Positions 9,714-18,444 of a stretch of 64,000 bases of DNA are shown here, one piece after another. Within the stretch, counting starts at the first letter, position 1; each line of letters begins with the position of its first letter. A program made the translations under genes and the position numbers. Source of the DNA: Planctomycetota bacterium. GTDB lineage: Bacteria > Planctomycetota > UBA1135 > UBA2386. The notes beneath the pieces are model-generated. The model was not told the origin of the DNA. It saw nothing but the letters and a program-made list of their open reading frames with translations, and did no database searches. The stretch spans positions 128,001-192,000 of the forward strand of contig CANMWZ010000001.1 in assembly GCA_947501605.1 (NCBI GenBank), written 5' to 3'.

Positions 9714-10697
9714 ATGCCCATGGACCGAGCGCTCACGACGGCCGCGCCCGCAGCGGTGCGCCGCAACCCGTTCGCGGGCTCGGTCGGGCTGTTGGCGATT
9801 GCACCCGCCGCCGCGGTGCTGCTGGCAGAGCTGCCGGACCTGCACTGGACCCTCGACCTAGCGCGGCACTTCCCACTGCACAGCGCGCTGGCCCTGGTGC
9901 TGGCCGCCTTGGTGCTGCTGCCCGCACGGCACCCGCGCCTCGCGCTGATTCTCCTGCTGCTGGCACTGCTCCCCGCCGCCCGCCTCTTGCCGCTGTGGTC
10001 GCCGGGGCCGCCGCTCTTGCCAGCCAACGTGCCGGTCCTGCGCACCGCGATGGTCAATCTGCTGGCGTCGAACCGCACGCCCGAGCGCGTCGCGGCTTGG
10101 CTCGAAGCGACCGACCCAGACGTGGTCGCCTTGCTGGAGTTCACCCCGGCTCACGAACGCGCCCTGCTGCGCCTGCGCTCGCGCTGGCCGCACGCGGTGA
10201 CCAAGCCGGTGGCCAGCCCGTTTGGTATCGCGCTGTTCAGCAAGCTGCCGCTGCGCGACACCGAAGTGCGACCGATGGGCGCGAGCTACGCGTTTGCGAT
10301 CACGGCAACGGTGACCACTGCGATCGGCGACGTTGGGGTGCTGGCCATGCACCCGCCGCCGCCGGTGTCGAAGGAGCGCGCCGGCGAGCGCGACTTGGCG
10401 TTCTCGCAGCTAGCGTCCGCGATCGCGTCGCTGCCGGCGCATCGGGTGGTCCTGACCGACTGCAACGCGACGCGGTGGAGTCGTCCGTTCCGGAACGGAC
10501 TCGCAGCAGCGGGGCTCGACGACGGCTGCTCTGGGCACGGATATCAGGGCTCGTGGCCGAGTTCGCTGCCGTGGTTCTTGCGCGTGCCGATCGACCACGT
10601 GCTGGTCAGCCGCGATCTCGCCGTCCACCGGCGCGAACTCGGTCCGGACGTCGGCTCAGACCACCTGCCGGTGCTGGCGGAAGTGCACGTGCGGTAG
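9714..10697 (+). CDS. endonuclease/exonuclease/phosphatase family membrane protein (YafD-like)
   Basis: N-terminal TM helices; NLL, DPDVVALLE, DCN, PIDHVL, GSDHLP motifs; start uncertain (9714 or 9720). Confidence 0.88.
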   Translation: MPMDRALTTAAPAAVRRNPFAGSVGLLAIAPAAAVLLAELPDLHWTLDLARHFPLHSALALVLAALVLLPARHPRLALILLLLALLPAARLLPLWSPGPPLLPANVPVLRTAMVNLLASNRTPERVAAWLEATDPDVVALLEFTPAHERALLRLRSRWPHAVTKPVASPFGIALFSKLPLRDTEVRPMGASYAFAITATVTTAIGDVGVLAMHPPPPVSKERAGERDLAFSQLASAIASLPAHRVVLTDCNATRWSRPFRNGLAAAGLDDGCSGHGYQGSWPSSLPWFLRVPIDHVLVSRDLAVHRRELGPDVGSDHLPVLAEVHVR

Positions 10698-10723
10698 CTC
10701 CGGGCTTGGGTCGGGCAGCGCGA

Positions 10724-10743
10724 GGTGGCGGGAGGTGGCGGGA
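10724..10743. repeat. 10-bp tandem duplication of the tRNA-Sec 3' end
   Basis: GGTGGCGGGA occurs at 10724-10733 and again at 10734-10743. Confidence 0.7.
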
Positions 10744-10834
10744 GTGCATGGGAATCGAACCCACCGGGAGCCGCTCTAGGCGACCCCCCACAGGTTTTGA
10801 AGACCAGGCCGAACACCAGCTCGGATGCACTCCC
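10736..10834 (-). tRNA. selC: tRNA-Sec (anticodon UCA)
   Basis: 8-bp acceptor GGGAGUGC/GCACUCCC plus GCCA; 6-bp D-stem CCGAGC/GUUCGG with 4-nt loop UGGU; anticodon loop CUUCAAA; long variable arm; T-loop UUCGAUU. Confidence 0.95.
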
Positions 10835-10933
10835 GTGGGGAGCGCATGATGCCGTCGCTGACCCTCGACTCCAAGCTTGCTGCTCGCAACCCGTTCCCAA
10901 GGCGCACCTCGCTTGCTACCGTCTTCGCCCGAT

Positions 10934-11482
10934 ATGCAAGTCTCCGCTCTCGAACTGCGTCCCGGCACCCTCGTCCGCTACGAAGGCCGTATGGCCACGG
11001 TGGTCTGGTGGAACATTCTCCGCAACGACCGTCGCGCTTTCGTGCAGATGCGCATCAAGGATCTGGAGAGCGGTCGGCAGACCGAACTCAAGGAGCACAC
11101 CGACTCCAAGTGGGAAGTGCTCGACAAAGAAGAGGTCGACCTGACCCACTCGTACCGCGACGGCGGCGAAGAGGTCTTCTACAACGAGACGGGCGAAGAG
11201 GTGCGCTGCGCGGTCGCCGCGGCCGAAGACGCGCTCTACTGGCCGTCGGAGACCTACAAGGGTCTCTACGTCGACAACAAGCTCGTGGCCGTGTCGGCAC
11301 CGCGCTTCTCGGTCCTGGCGATCACCGAAACGGCGCCGCCGATGAAGGGTGGCGGCTCGGGTCAGAAAGACGCCGTTCTCGACAACGGCGCCAAGGTCAA
11401 GGTCTCCCTGCTCTGCGACGTCGGCGACAAGGTTCGCATCGAGACCGAGACGCTCGAGTTCCGCGAGCGCGTGCAAGACTGA
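10934..11482 (+). CDS. elongation factor P-like protein (divergent paralog)
   Basis: 182 aa; EF-P pattern (ELRPG...AFVQMRIKDLESG; Y.DG...F.....E; ITETAPPMKG..K.A.L.NG..V.V.....GD...I.T....F.ER) but lacks the PGKG loop. Confidence 0.85.
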   Translation: MQVSALELRPGTLVRYEGRMATVVWWNILRNDRRAFVQMRIKDLESGRQTELKEHTDSKWEVLDKEEVDLTHSYRDGGEEVFYNETGEEVRCAVAAAEDALYWPSETYKGLYVDNKLVAVSAPRFSVLAITETAPPMKGGGSGQKDAVLDNGAKVKVSLLCDVGDKVRIETETLEFRERVQD

Positions 11483-11598
11483 GATCCTCGTAGCCGGCGA
11501 CAACCTCGCCCGCACCCAGCGGCGCGCCGAGACCCAGCCGGCGCGCCAGCGCCCAACTGGATCGCAAGAAGCTGCTGCAGCGGCACCAAGACGCCCCC

Positions 11599-12324
11599 AT
11601 GTTCGCATTCGTCGAAGAGCCCAGCTTTCTCCTGCAACTCGGCAGCATCGTTCTGCTCGACCTGCTGCTCGCCGGCGACAACGCGATCGTGATCGCAATG
11701 GCGGTGCGAACGTTGCCGCAAAGGGAGCAGCGCCTGGGTCGGCTCTGGGGCACGTTTGGTGCCGTCGCGCTGCGCGTCGTGTTTCTGGCCGTCGCCTCGT
11801 GGATGATGGCGGCGCCGCTGCTGCGAGCCTGCGGCGGGCTGCTGTTGCTGTGGATTGCCTACAAGCTGCTGGCGCCGCAAACGCACGCACCCGTCTCGTC
11901 GAGCCCGGAGAACGACAACGGCGAGGCAGCAAAGGTGCGCGCCGGCAACAACCTGCGCGAGTCGATCAAGATCATCATCCTCGCCGACGTGTCGATGAGC
12001 ATCGACAACGTCCTGGCGGTCACCGGCGCCGCTGAGGGGCACATCGGCATGGCCGCCCTCGGCATCGCCCTCTCGATTCCGATGGTCATCTGGGGCAGCT
12101 CGCTGCTGTCGCGCGTGATGCACCACCATAAGTGGATCGTGTGGCTCGGCGGCGGCATCCTCGGTCACGTGGCCGGCACGCTGTTGCTCGAAGACCCCAA
12201 GATCATCGAGTGGATCGGGCACACCGAGAAGCCGGGTTGGCACTGGCTGTCGCTGTCGCTGTTCGCCGGCCTCAGTGGCTTCGGCGCGTGGGGCCACTTC
12301 CGCTCCCGACGAGCTGCGCACTGA
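11599..12324 (+). CDS. TerC family (YjbE-like) membrane protein
   Basis: DLLLAGDNAIVIAMA..LP, IILADVSMSIDNVLAV. Confidence 0.93.
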   Translation: MFAFVEEPSFLLQLGSIVLLDLLLAGDNAIVIAMAVRTLPQREQRLGRLWGTFGAVALRVVFLAVASWMMAAPLLRACGGLLLLWIAYKLLAPQTHAPVSSSPENDNGEAAKVRAGNNLRESIKIIILADVSMSIDNVLAVTGAAEGHIGMAALGIALSIPMVIWGSSLLSRVMHHHKWIVWLGGGILGHVAGTLLLEDPKIIEWIGHTEKPGWHWLSLSLFAGLSGFGAWGHFRSRRAAH

Positions 12325-12343
12325 ACGCACGCCGCCGTCTTTG

Positions 12344-14059
12344 CTATGGCGCCGTGCGTCGATGCGGTGCCAGCACCGTAACGAGTGCGCCGATCGCCAC
12401 GCAGAACACGCAACCGAGCAGGTTGTACCAGAGGTAAGCAATCTGCACGGTGTTGTGCACCACCGCGATGCCGAGCAAGCCGCCGAGCAAACCAGCTGAG
12501 GCCGCGGTGTCGCTGGCGCGGGGCACCGCGAGGGCCAACACGAACACGCCGAGGATGCTGCCGTAGAAGTACGAGCCGACCTCGTTGACGCGTTCGAGCA
12601 GCGGACCACCGCCAAGCTGCACGGCAGCCGCCGTCGCGGCGATCCCCCAACATGCCATGACGACCTTGCTGCTGCGCAACGTCGCGGCGTCGGAGGCCGA
12701 AGGCCGCAGCCAACGCTTGTAGAAGTCGATCATCGTCGCCGAGGTCAACGAACTCAGCGCCCCCGCCGCACTGCTGATGGCCGCCGCAAAGATCGCCGCG
12801 ATCAGCAGCCCGAGCACGGGCTTTGGCAGTTCGCGGAAGATGAAGTCGGGGAAGATGTAGTTGGTGTCACTCTCGGCGCCCACAGCGGTCCGCGCCGCCT
12901 TGCGGGCCTGCACGGCATCCTTCACCGCGGCGCGGTACTCGGCGACCTGCCCAGAGTCACTGCCACCACTCGCAATCGCCCGCATCGCGGCCTCTCGACG
13001 CGCGATGGCAGAGCTGTGCGCAGTCGATGCCGCCTCGAAGCGCACCTTGGTGTCGCCGTCGAGCCCGCTCGCCGCCTTGGCTGCCGCCGGTTCGAACAGC
13101 ACGGGCTCCTTCACCAAGGACTGGTGCAAGAACAACAGTCCGCCGACGAGCAACACCAACAGTTGCAGCGGGACTTTGGTGAACGCGGACATCAAGAGCG
13201 CGCGCCGCGATGCATCCGTCGACTTGCTCGTGAGGATGCTCTGCACCTGCGACTGGTCACAGCCGAAGTAGCTGAGGAACAAGAAGAAGGTGCCGAACAG
13301 CCCAGTCCACAGATTGTACTTGTCGGCCCAGAAGGAGCCGTTCGCAGGCTCGCCCGCAAGCGCCGGCACCATGGTCCACGCGGCGTCGTAGACTTCGACG
13401 GGGTTCATCTTGCCCGCCACCCCGAGCGCCACCAGCGCACCGCCGAAGGAGAGTTCGGAGACCACGTTCCACAACAGCACGGCAAGGCACGCAACGATGC
13501 CGATGACGATGACCGCCATCTGCTTGACGTCGGTCCAGACCACGCCGCCGACCCCACCCAGCACGGTGTAGGCCGTGGTCAATAGGCCCGTGGTCCACAC
13601 CGTCACGTCGATCGGCAACCCAGTCATCGCCGCAAACACGACCGCCGGCGCATAGAGCACAACCGCGAAGGCAAGGCAGCGCGACAGCAAGAAGGCGAGG
13701 CTCGTCAAGGACCGCGTCGCCGGGCCGAAACGGCGTTCGAGATACTCGTAGGCCGTGAGGATCGGGTGCTGGCGGTAGATCGGCAGGAACCAGATGCACA
13801 GCACGACCATCGCGAACGGCAGCGCAAAGTAGAACTGCACCCATTCGAGGCCGTTCTCGTAGCCCATGCCGACGCCGCCGATCAACGTGATCGCCGACAA
13901 CTGCGTCGCCATCACGGACAGCCCGGCGGCCCACCACGGGATCGAACGGCCCGCGGCAAAGAAGCCCTCCATGGTGGTCGCCCCCACCGTGCGGCGCACG
14001 CCGTCCCAGATCGTGTAGATCGTGGCGAGCGCGAAGACGAGCCAGGCCACCCAGTTCAT
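12344..14059 (-). CDS. sodium:solute symporter
   Basis: GRSIPWWAAGLSVMATQLSAIT, TAYEYLERRF, GG..VVWTD.KQ, YFGCDQSQVQ; start at ATG 14059. Confidence 0.93.
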   Translation of the reverse strand: MNWVAWLVFALATIYTIWDGVRRTVGATTMEGFFAAGRSIPWWAAGLSVMATQLSAITLIGGVGMGYENGLEWVQFYFALPFAMVVLCIWFLPIYRQHPILTAYEYLERRFGPATRSLTSLAFLLSRCLAFAVVLYAPAVVFAAMTGLPIDVTVWTTGLLTTAYTVLGGVGGVVWTDVKQMAVIVIGIVACLAVLLWNVVSELSFGGALVALGVAGKMNPVEVYDAAWTMVPALAGEPANGSFWADKYNLWTGLFGTFFLFLSYFGCDQSQVQSILTSKSTDASRRALLMSAFTKVPLQLLVLLVGGLLFLHQSLVKEPVLFEPAAAKAASGLDGDTKVRFEAASTAHSSAIARREAAMRAIASGGSDSGQVAEYRAAVKDAVQARKAARTAVGAESDTNYIFPDFIFRELPKPVLGLLIAAIFAAAISSAAGALSSLTSATMIDFYKRWLRPSASDAATLRSSKVVMACWGIAATAAAVQLGGGPLLERVNEVGSYFYGSILGVFVLALAVPRASDTAASAGLLGGLLGIAVVHNTVQIAYLWYNLLGCVFCVAIGALVTVLAPHRRTAP

Positions 14060-14214
14060 GCGATGCGTCCGTGGTCGAGCGCCGCCGTAAGCCACCACAG
14101 TGCGGCGATCACCAACACGGCCGACACACACACCAGTGCGTAGGTCCGCGGCCAACTGCCGAGCGGCGGACGATCGGGCAAAGCGGCTCTGTTGTTCGGG
14201 GCTGGGTTGTTCAC
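14056..14214 (-). CDS. small single-TM protein upstream of the symporter (52 aa)
   Basis: GTG-NNPAPNNRAALPDRPPLGSWPRTYALVCVSAVLVIAALWWLTAALDHGRIA-TGA; ATGA overlap with the symporter start; below the ORF-track length cutoff. Confidence 0.72.
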   Translation of the reverse strand: MNNPAPNNRAALPDRPPLGSWPRTYALVCVSAVLVIAALWWLTAALDHGRIA

Positions 14215-14264
14215 GAGGAACGCATCATGGCGAAGTCCTCGGGCGCAGGACAGCGAACATCACG

Positions 14265-14383
14265 GCCGCCTGGACGACCATGTCGAGGCCGAGGTCCCTC
14301 AAGGTCCGCGCGGCCCTTCCCAAGTGGCAAGCAACGAACGGCTCGGCACGTAGGCCTGCGTCCTCGACCCTGGACCAGGCGGC
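14265..14383. ncRNA. candidate structured RNA (long interrupted hairpin)
   Basis: Nested inverted repeats GCCGCCTGG/CCAGGCGGC, CCA/TGG, GTCGAGG/CCTCGAC in the cysS-symporter intergenic region; family not recognised. Confidence 0.35.
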
Positions 14384-14497
14384 TTGCTAGAAGTGGTTTC
14401 ACAACAAGCCGGCGATCGAGGCCGACCAACGAGGGCCGAGGGCAAGGAACGAGAACGCCGCCGTGGCGCCACCGCGCTGCTCCACAGCGATCCTGGC

Positions 14498-15940
14498 TCA
14501 GGCCTTCTCGAGGCGCGGCCCGGTGGCGGTGTCGACGATCTTCCAACCGGCCTTCTGGATCTCGTCGCGCATGGCGTCGGCAGTGGCCCAGTCCTTCTGC
14601 TTCTTGGCGTCCTGGCGCTTCTGCAGCATCGCCTGCAACTCTGCGGGCGCATCGCCGGTCGCGTCCGCCTGTGGAGTTGCGCCGAAGCAACCGAGCACGT
14701 CCTCGATGCGCGCGAAGAACTGCAGCGCAAGAGCACACGACGCGAGCGTCGGCTGCGCGCGGTTGCACTCGCCGACGAAGTCGAACACGACCGCGAGCGC
14801 TTCGCTGACGTTGAGGTCTTCTTGCATCGTCGCGGTGAACTTGGCGTTCGCGGCGGCGGTCGCAGCGGTGAGGTCGGCTTCGCCTTTGCGTTCGGCACCG
14901 GTCTCGATGCGCACGAGCCGCTGACGGCACTGCTGCACGCGAGCGATCGCGGCGCGGGCTTCGTCGAGGCCCTTCAGGGTGAAGTTGAGCTGCTGGCGGT
15001 AGTGGCCACGGACGAGGGCGAAGCGGAGCTCGAGCCCGGAGTAGCCCTTCTTCAGCACGTCTTCGACGGTGAAGAAGTTGCCGAGGCTCTTGCTCATCTT
15101 CTTGTTGTCGACGAGCAGGTGTCGCGCGTGCATCCAGATCGACACGAACTGCCGGTGCGTGTGGGCCTCGGTCTGCGCGATCTCGCATTCGTGGTGCGGG
15201 AACATGTTGTCCTCACCGCCGGTGTGCACGTCGATCTGGTGGCCGAGGTAGTGGGCCGACATCGCCGAGCACTCAATGTGCCAGCCGGGGAAGCCGCGCA
15301 GGCCACCGCGGAACGGCGCGTCCCACTGCATCTGATGCTTGTCGTCGGTCTTCCACAGCGCGAAGTCGCGGGGGTCCTTCTTCTTGTCGTTGACGGCGAC
15401 GCGGGCACCGTCTTCGAGCTCGTCGATGACCTTGCCGGAGAGCTTGCCGTACTGGGGGAACTTGCTGATCTCGAAGTAGACGTCGCCGTTGTCGACCTGG
15501 TAGGCGACGCCCTTCTGGAGGAGGTCGTCGATGATGACGCCCATCTGCGCGATGAAGTCGGTCGCGCGCGGCATGTGGTGCGGCAGGCGCACGTGCAGGA
15601 GCCGCTGGCACTCGTGGAACTCGTTCTCGTACTGCTTGGCGATGTCCCAGGCCGTGCGGCCGGTCTTCTTGCTGGCGGCCTCCATCTTGTCCTCGCCGGT
15701 CTCGAGGTCGTCGTTGGTCAGGTGGCCGACGTCGGTGACGTTCATCACCTGGATGACTTGGTAGCCCTGGTCTTCGATGAAGCGGCGCAGGACGTCGGCG
15801 AACAGGAAGCTGCGGAAGTTGCCGATGTGCGGGCTGCTGTAGACGGTAGGGCCGCAGTGGTACATCGTGACCTTGTTGGGCACGAGCGGGCGCAGTTCGT
15901 CGAGACGGCGAGTCAGCGAGTTGTAGAGGCGGAGGGGCAT
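14498..15940 (-). CDS. cysS: cysteine--tRNA ligase
   Basis: [45 protein letters not shown]. Confidence 0.98.
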   Translation of the reverse strand: MPLRLYNSLTRRLDELRPLVPNKVTMYHCGPTVYSSPHIGNFRSFLFADVLRRFIEDQGYQVIQVMNVTDVGHLTNDDLETGEDKMEAASKKTGRTAWDIAKQYENEFHECQRLLHVRLPHHMPRATDFIAQMGVIIDDLLQKGVAYQVDNGDVYFEISKFPQYGKLSGKVIDELEDGARVAVNDKKKDPRDFALWKTDDKHQMQWDAPFRGGLRGFPGWHIECSAMSAHYLGHQIDVHTGGEDNMFPHHECEIAQTEAHTHRQFVSIWMHARHLLVDNKKMSKSLGNFFTVEDVLKKGYSGLELRFALVRGHYRQQLNFTLKGLDEARAAIARVQQCRQRLVRIETGAERKGEADLTAATAAANAKFTATMQEDLNVSEALAVVFDFVGECNRAQPTLASCALALQFFARIEDVLGCFGATPQADATGDAPAELQAMLQKRQDAKKQKDWATADAMRDEIQKAGWKIVDTATGPRLEKA

Positions 15941-16031
15941 CGCGAGGTGCGCAGCGTGGCGCGGGGGGTGCGTCGGTGCAAGCGCAGGGGCTTCACGGCA
16001 ACGGAGCTTCCGCGCCGACCTTCGTGGGAAC

Positions 16032-16304
16032 TCAGGCCGCAGACTCGTATGAGCCCAGCACGAGTGGCGGAGCCCCGGCGGCCGTCGCGACGGCATCCAG
16101 GGTGGAGTTCGGAACGCCGTTCGTCCAGTTCGCCGAGTCGCCCCAGTCCGAGGAGGCGCTGCCGGTCCACGAGGACGTCGACTGCGCCGCGAGCGGCAGA
16201 GCAGCGACCAGGGCGAACGCAGCGGCCAGAACGCGAGGCCAGGAGCAGTAGAATCGCCTGGTTACGAAAGGGGCGAGGACGCGTGGGGCGAGGAACTTTC
16301 TCAC
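16032..16304 (-). pseudogene. truncated paralog of the upstream secreted protein (signal peptide plus WTG..S.DW...ANW..GVP motif only)
   Basis: GTGA overlap with the upstream stop; ...AAAFALVAALPLAAQSTSSWTGSASSDWGDSANWTNGVPNSTLD, then stop after about 90 aa. Confidence 0.6.
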
Positions 16305-18307
16305 AGCGGCGCAAACGTCAGCCGGATCGCCGTCGACGCCGACACCCCCTGCTGCGTGCACTGCAATCCGTCGAGGAACAGCCCCTGCACCCAGAAGCTC
16401 GTGTTCGCGAAGTAGGGATCGTCGACCATGTTCAACAGGGTGTTCATGGTGCCGATGGTCGACGTGCCCAAGAACTCGCAGTACCACGGCGCCGCGGGCG
16501 AGATGTGCACTCCCACGCCCAGCAGCGGGATCGGCGCAGGCTCGACGCCGAAGCCGAGCACGAACAGTGCGCTCGTCGAGCGCGGCGTGTTGCGGAACTG
16601 GAGCTCGATCTCGCCGAAGCCGACCGTCGGCCGCCCCGAGGCGCGCGCTTCGCACAACCCAGCACACCCCGGGGTCCCCGTGCCCGCGAAGGAAATGCCC
16701 GGGGTCCAACTGATGACCGCCTGCGGATCGTTCTCGTAGAACTCGAAACCGAAGGCACCCGAGGCAGAGATCACATCGACGGCCTGCGCCGTGGAGGCAC
16801 GAATGCAGAACTGTGGCGACCCGGAACCGCTCTCGAACCGAAGGTTGCGAAGCAGGGTCGGCTCCGTTCGAGCGCAGTGCAACAAGACGGATCCGCTTAC
16901 CGAACTGCCGCCCTGGAGAACCCCGTTCCGGAAGTCGAACGGCGGCGCGCCAAACGTACTGCCGGCACCGAGCAACACACCGGCAGGATCGATGTCGCGG
17001 AAGACGAAGTGCTGTGCCTCGATGCGGCCAGACACTTCGACGACGACACGCGACCCGGAGTTGCCGCCAACAACCGGTCCCTGTGTCGAATCGAAGGTCC
17101 CGTCGAGCCGCAGTGTCCCCGTCGGCGAGATGCGTAGGACACCCGGGACTCCCGGCGACGCGCCAGCGATCGACAACTCGGTGCGGGCATCCAACTGCAA
17201 TCGCCCGTCGACCTGCACGACTCCTAAGGTCTGCAGCGTCGTGAGGCCGAACCCACTGCCGAAACCCGTGCTCTGGATCCGCAGGCTGCCGCCAGCGAGG
17301 ACCGGCGGGAACGCCATGTTCGTCGCCGACACGGCGACGGAAACAAAGGGCCCCGCCAAGGACAGACTGCCGGCAATGGCAGGCAGTTCGACGCGCGTGA
17401 AATCGGCAGCGTCCACGCGGACGGACCCCGTCCCCGCCACCCACCGGATCCGGTTGACACCGAATCCACCATCGACGCTGTCGGAGTAGGAGAACGCTGC
17501 ACCCTGCGGCACGTCGACCGCGAGGTTGGCAGTGTTGTTCGCCGTCGACGCGATGTTGAGCGACTTGGTCGGCGGGATGCGAATCGTCCCACCTGTGGGT
17601 GTGACACTCGAGGTCGGGCCCGCGCGCAGGACTCGGATCGCCGTGTCGGTCGGCGGCTGGAAGTTCCAGGCGAGGTCGAAGGTGTCGATCTCGAGACTCG
17701 CCGACGCTGGACAGAAGATCAGCCCTTGGGGCGTCCCCGTTGCAGAAGCACTCAAGAGGCGAGTGACACCGTTCCACTCGATACGGATCGATCGCCCGAA
17801 GAAGCCCTGGGAGTCGACGGAGAACGCATCGGCCGCGAGGTTGGTGAAGTTCACGAGATGCCCTGTTTCCACGACCACGTTGGTCGCGCGCGAGCCGCCG
17901 GTGAAGCTCACGACCGCGGCGGGTGGCTCGAACACCCCGATCGGACCGCGAAACTCGAGCCGACCCGTACCCGTCATGCTGGCAGCGAGCGTTGCGTCTC
18001 CGTGCACCGCCAGAATGCCCAGAGTCGTCGAGGTCGGTCGCAGGACCTCGAGTCCTGCCCCACTCGCGACGAGCAGACCACGACAGTTGCCAAGGCCCAC
18101 CAACCTCGGCAGGTTCACCACCACCGGCACGGTCACGTCGTCCGTGTCATCCGGCACGCCGGCAGTCCAGTTCGCCGCGAGGTTCCAGTCCCTCGACACC
18201 GCTCCTGTCCAGACCGTCTGCGCCGACAATGGCGCGATCCAGCAGAACCAGCACACAGAAGGAGCAACAACGCCACGAAGAGCCCGAGCCACAAGACCGA
18301 TCCCCAT
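16301..18307 (-). CDS. secreted beta-rich hypothetical protein
   Basis: GGAGG RBS; signal peptide ending LSAQ; N-terminal VWTGAVSRDWNLAANWTAGVP; beta-rich body; C-terminal GTGTPGC...FWVQGLFLD...SASTAIRLTF domain. Confidence 0.8.
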   Translation of the reverse strand: MGIGLVARALRGVVAPSVCWFCWIAPLSAQTVWTGAVSRDWNLAANWTAGVPDDTDDVTVPVVVNLPRLVGLGNCRGLLVASGAGLEVLRPTSTTLGILAVHGDATLAASMTGTGRLEFRGPIGVFEPPAAVVSFTGGSRATNVVVETGHLVNFTNLAADAFSVDSQGFFGRSIRIEWNGVTRLLSASATGTPQGLIFCPASASLEIDTFDLAWNFQPPTDTAIRVLRAGPTSSVTPTGGTIRIPPTKSLNIASTANNTANLAVDVPQGAAFSYSDSVDGGFGVNRIRWVAGTGSVRVDAADFTRVELPAIAGSLSLAGPFVSVAVSATNMAFPPVLAGGSLRIQSTGFGSGFGLTTLQTLGVVQVDGRLQLDARTELSIAGASPGVPGVLRISPTGTLRLDGTFDSTQGPVVGGNSGSRVVVEVSGRIEAQHFVFRDIDPAGVLLGAGSTFGAPPFDFRNGVLQGGSSVSGSVLLHCARTEPTLLRNLRFESGSGSPQFCIRASTAQAVDVISASGAFGFEFYENDPQAVISWTPGISFAGTGTPGCAGLCEARASGRPTVGFGEIELQFRNTPRSTSALFVLGFGVEPAPIPLLGVGVHISPAAPWYCEFLGTSTIGTMNTLLNMVDDPYFANTSFWVQGLFLDGLQCTQQGVSASTAIRLTFAPL

Positions 18308-18444
18308 CGAAACCTCCAAGAGAGCAAAAGTCCGCCCACAGGCTAGGCAGCAGCGGCCCCGCGGACAAGGCAACGGTCCTCGGCCAAGCACCCCCGTCGT
18401 TTGCCGCCCTCGCCCCCCGCTCGCGCTGCCGCTACAACGCTCCG

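Noticed and set aside
14267..14380. 5S rRNA or SRP RNA (starts GCCTGGACGACCAT, ends CCAGGC, about 115 nt)
   Set aside because: No CCGAAC loop C or domain-gamma arm of 5S, and no GGAA-tetraloop SRP core; kept only as an unassigned structure
16305..17777. 581-aa ORF 16032..17777 as a real gene
   Set aside because: It overlaps the secreted-protein gene in another frame and is Arg-rich noise; only its last 90 aa or so look genuine
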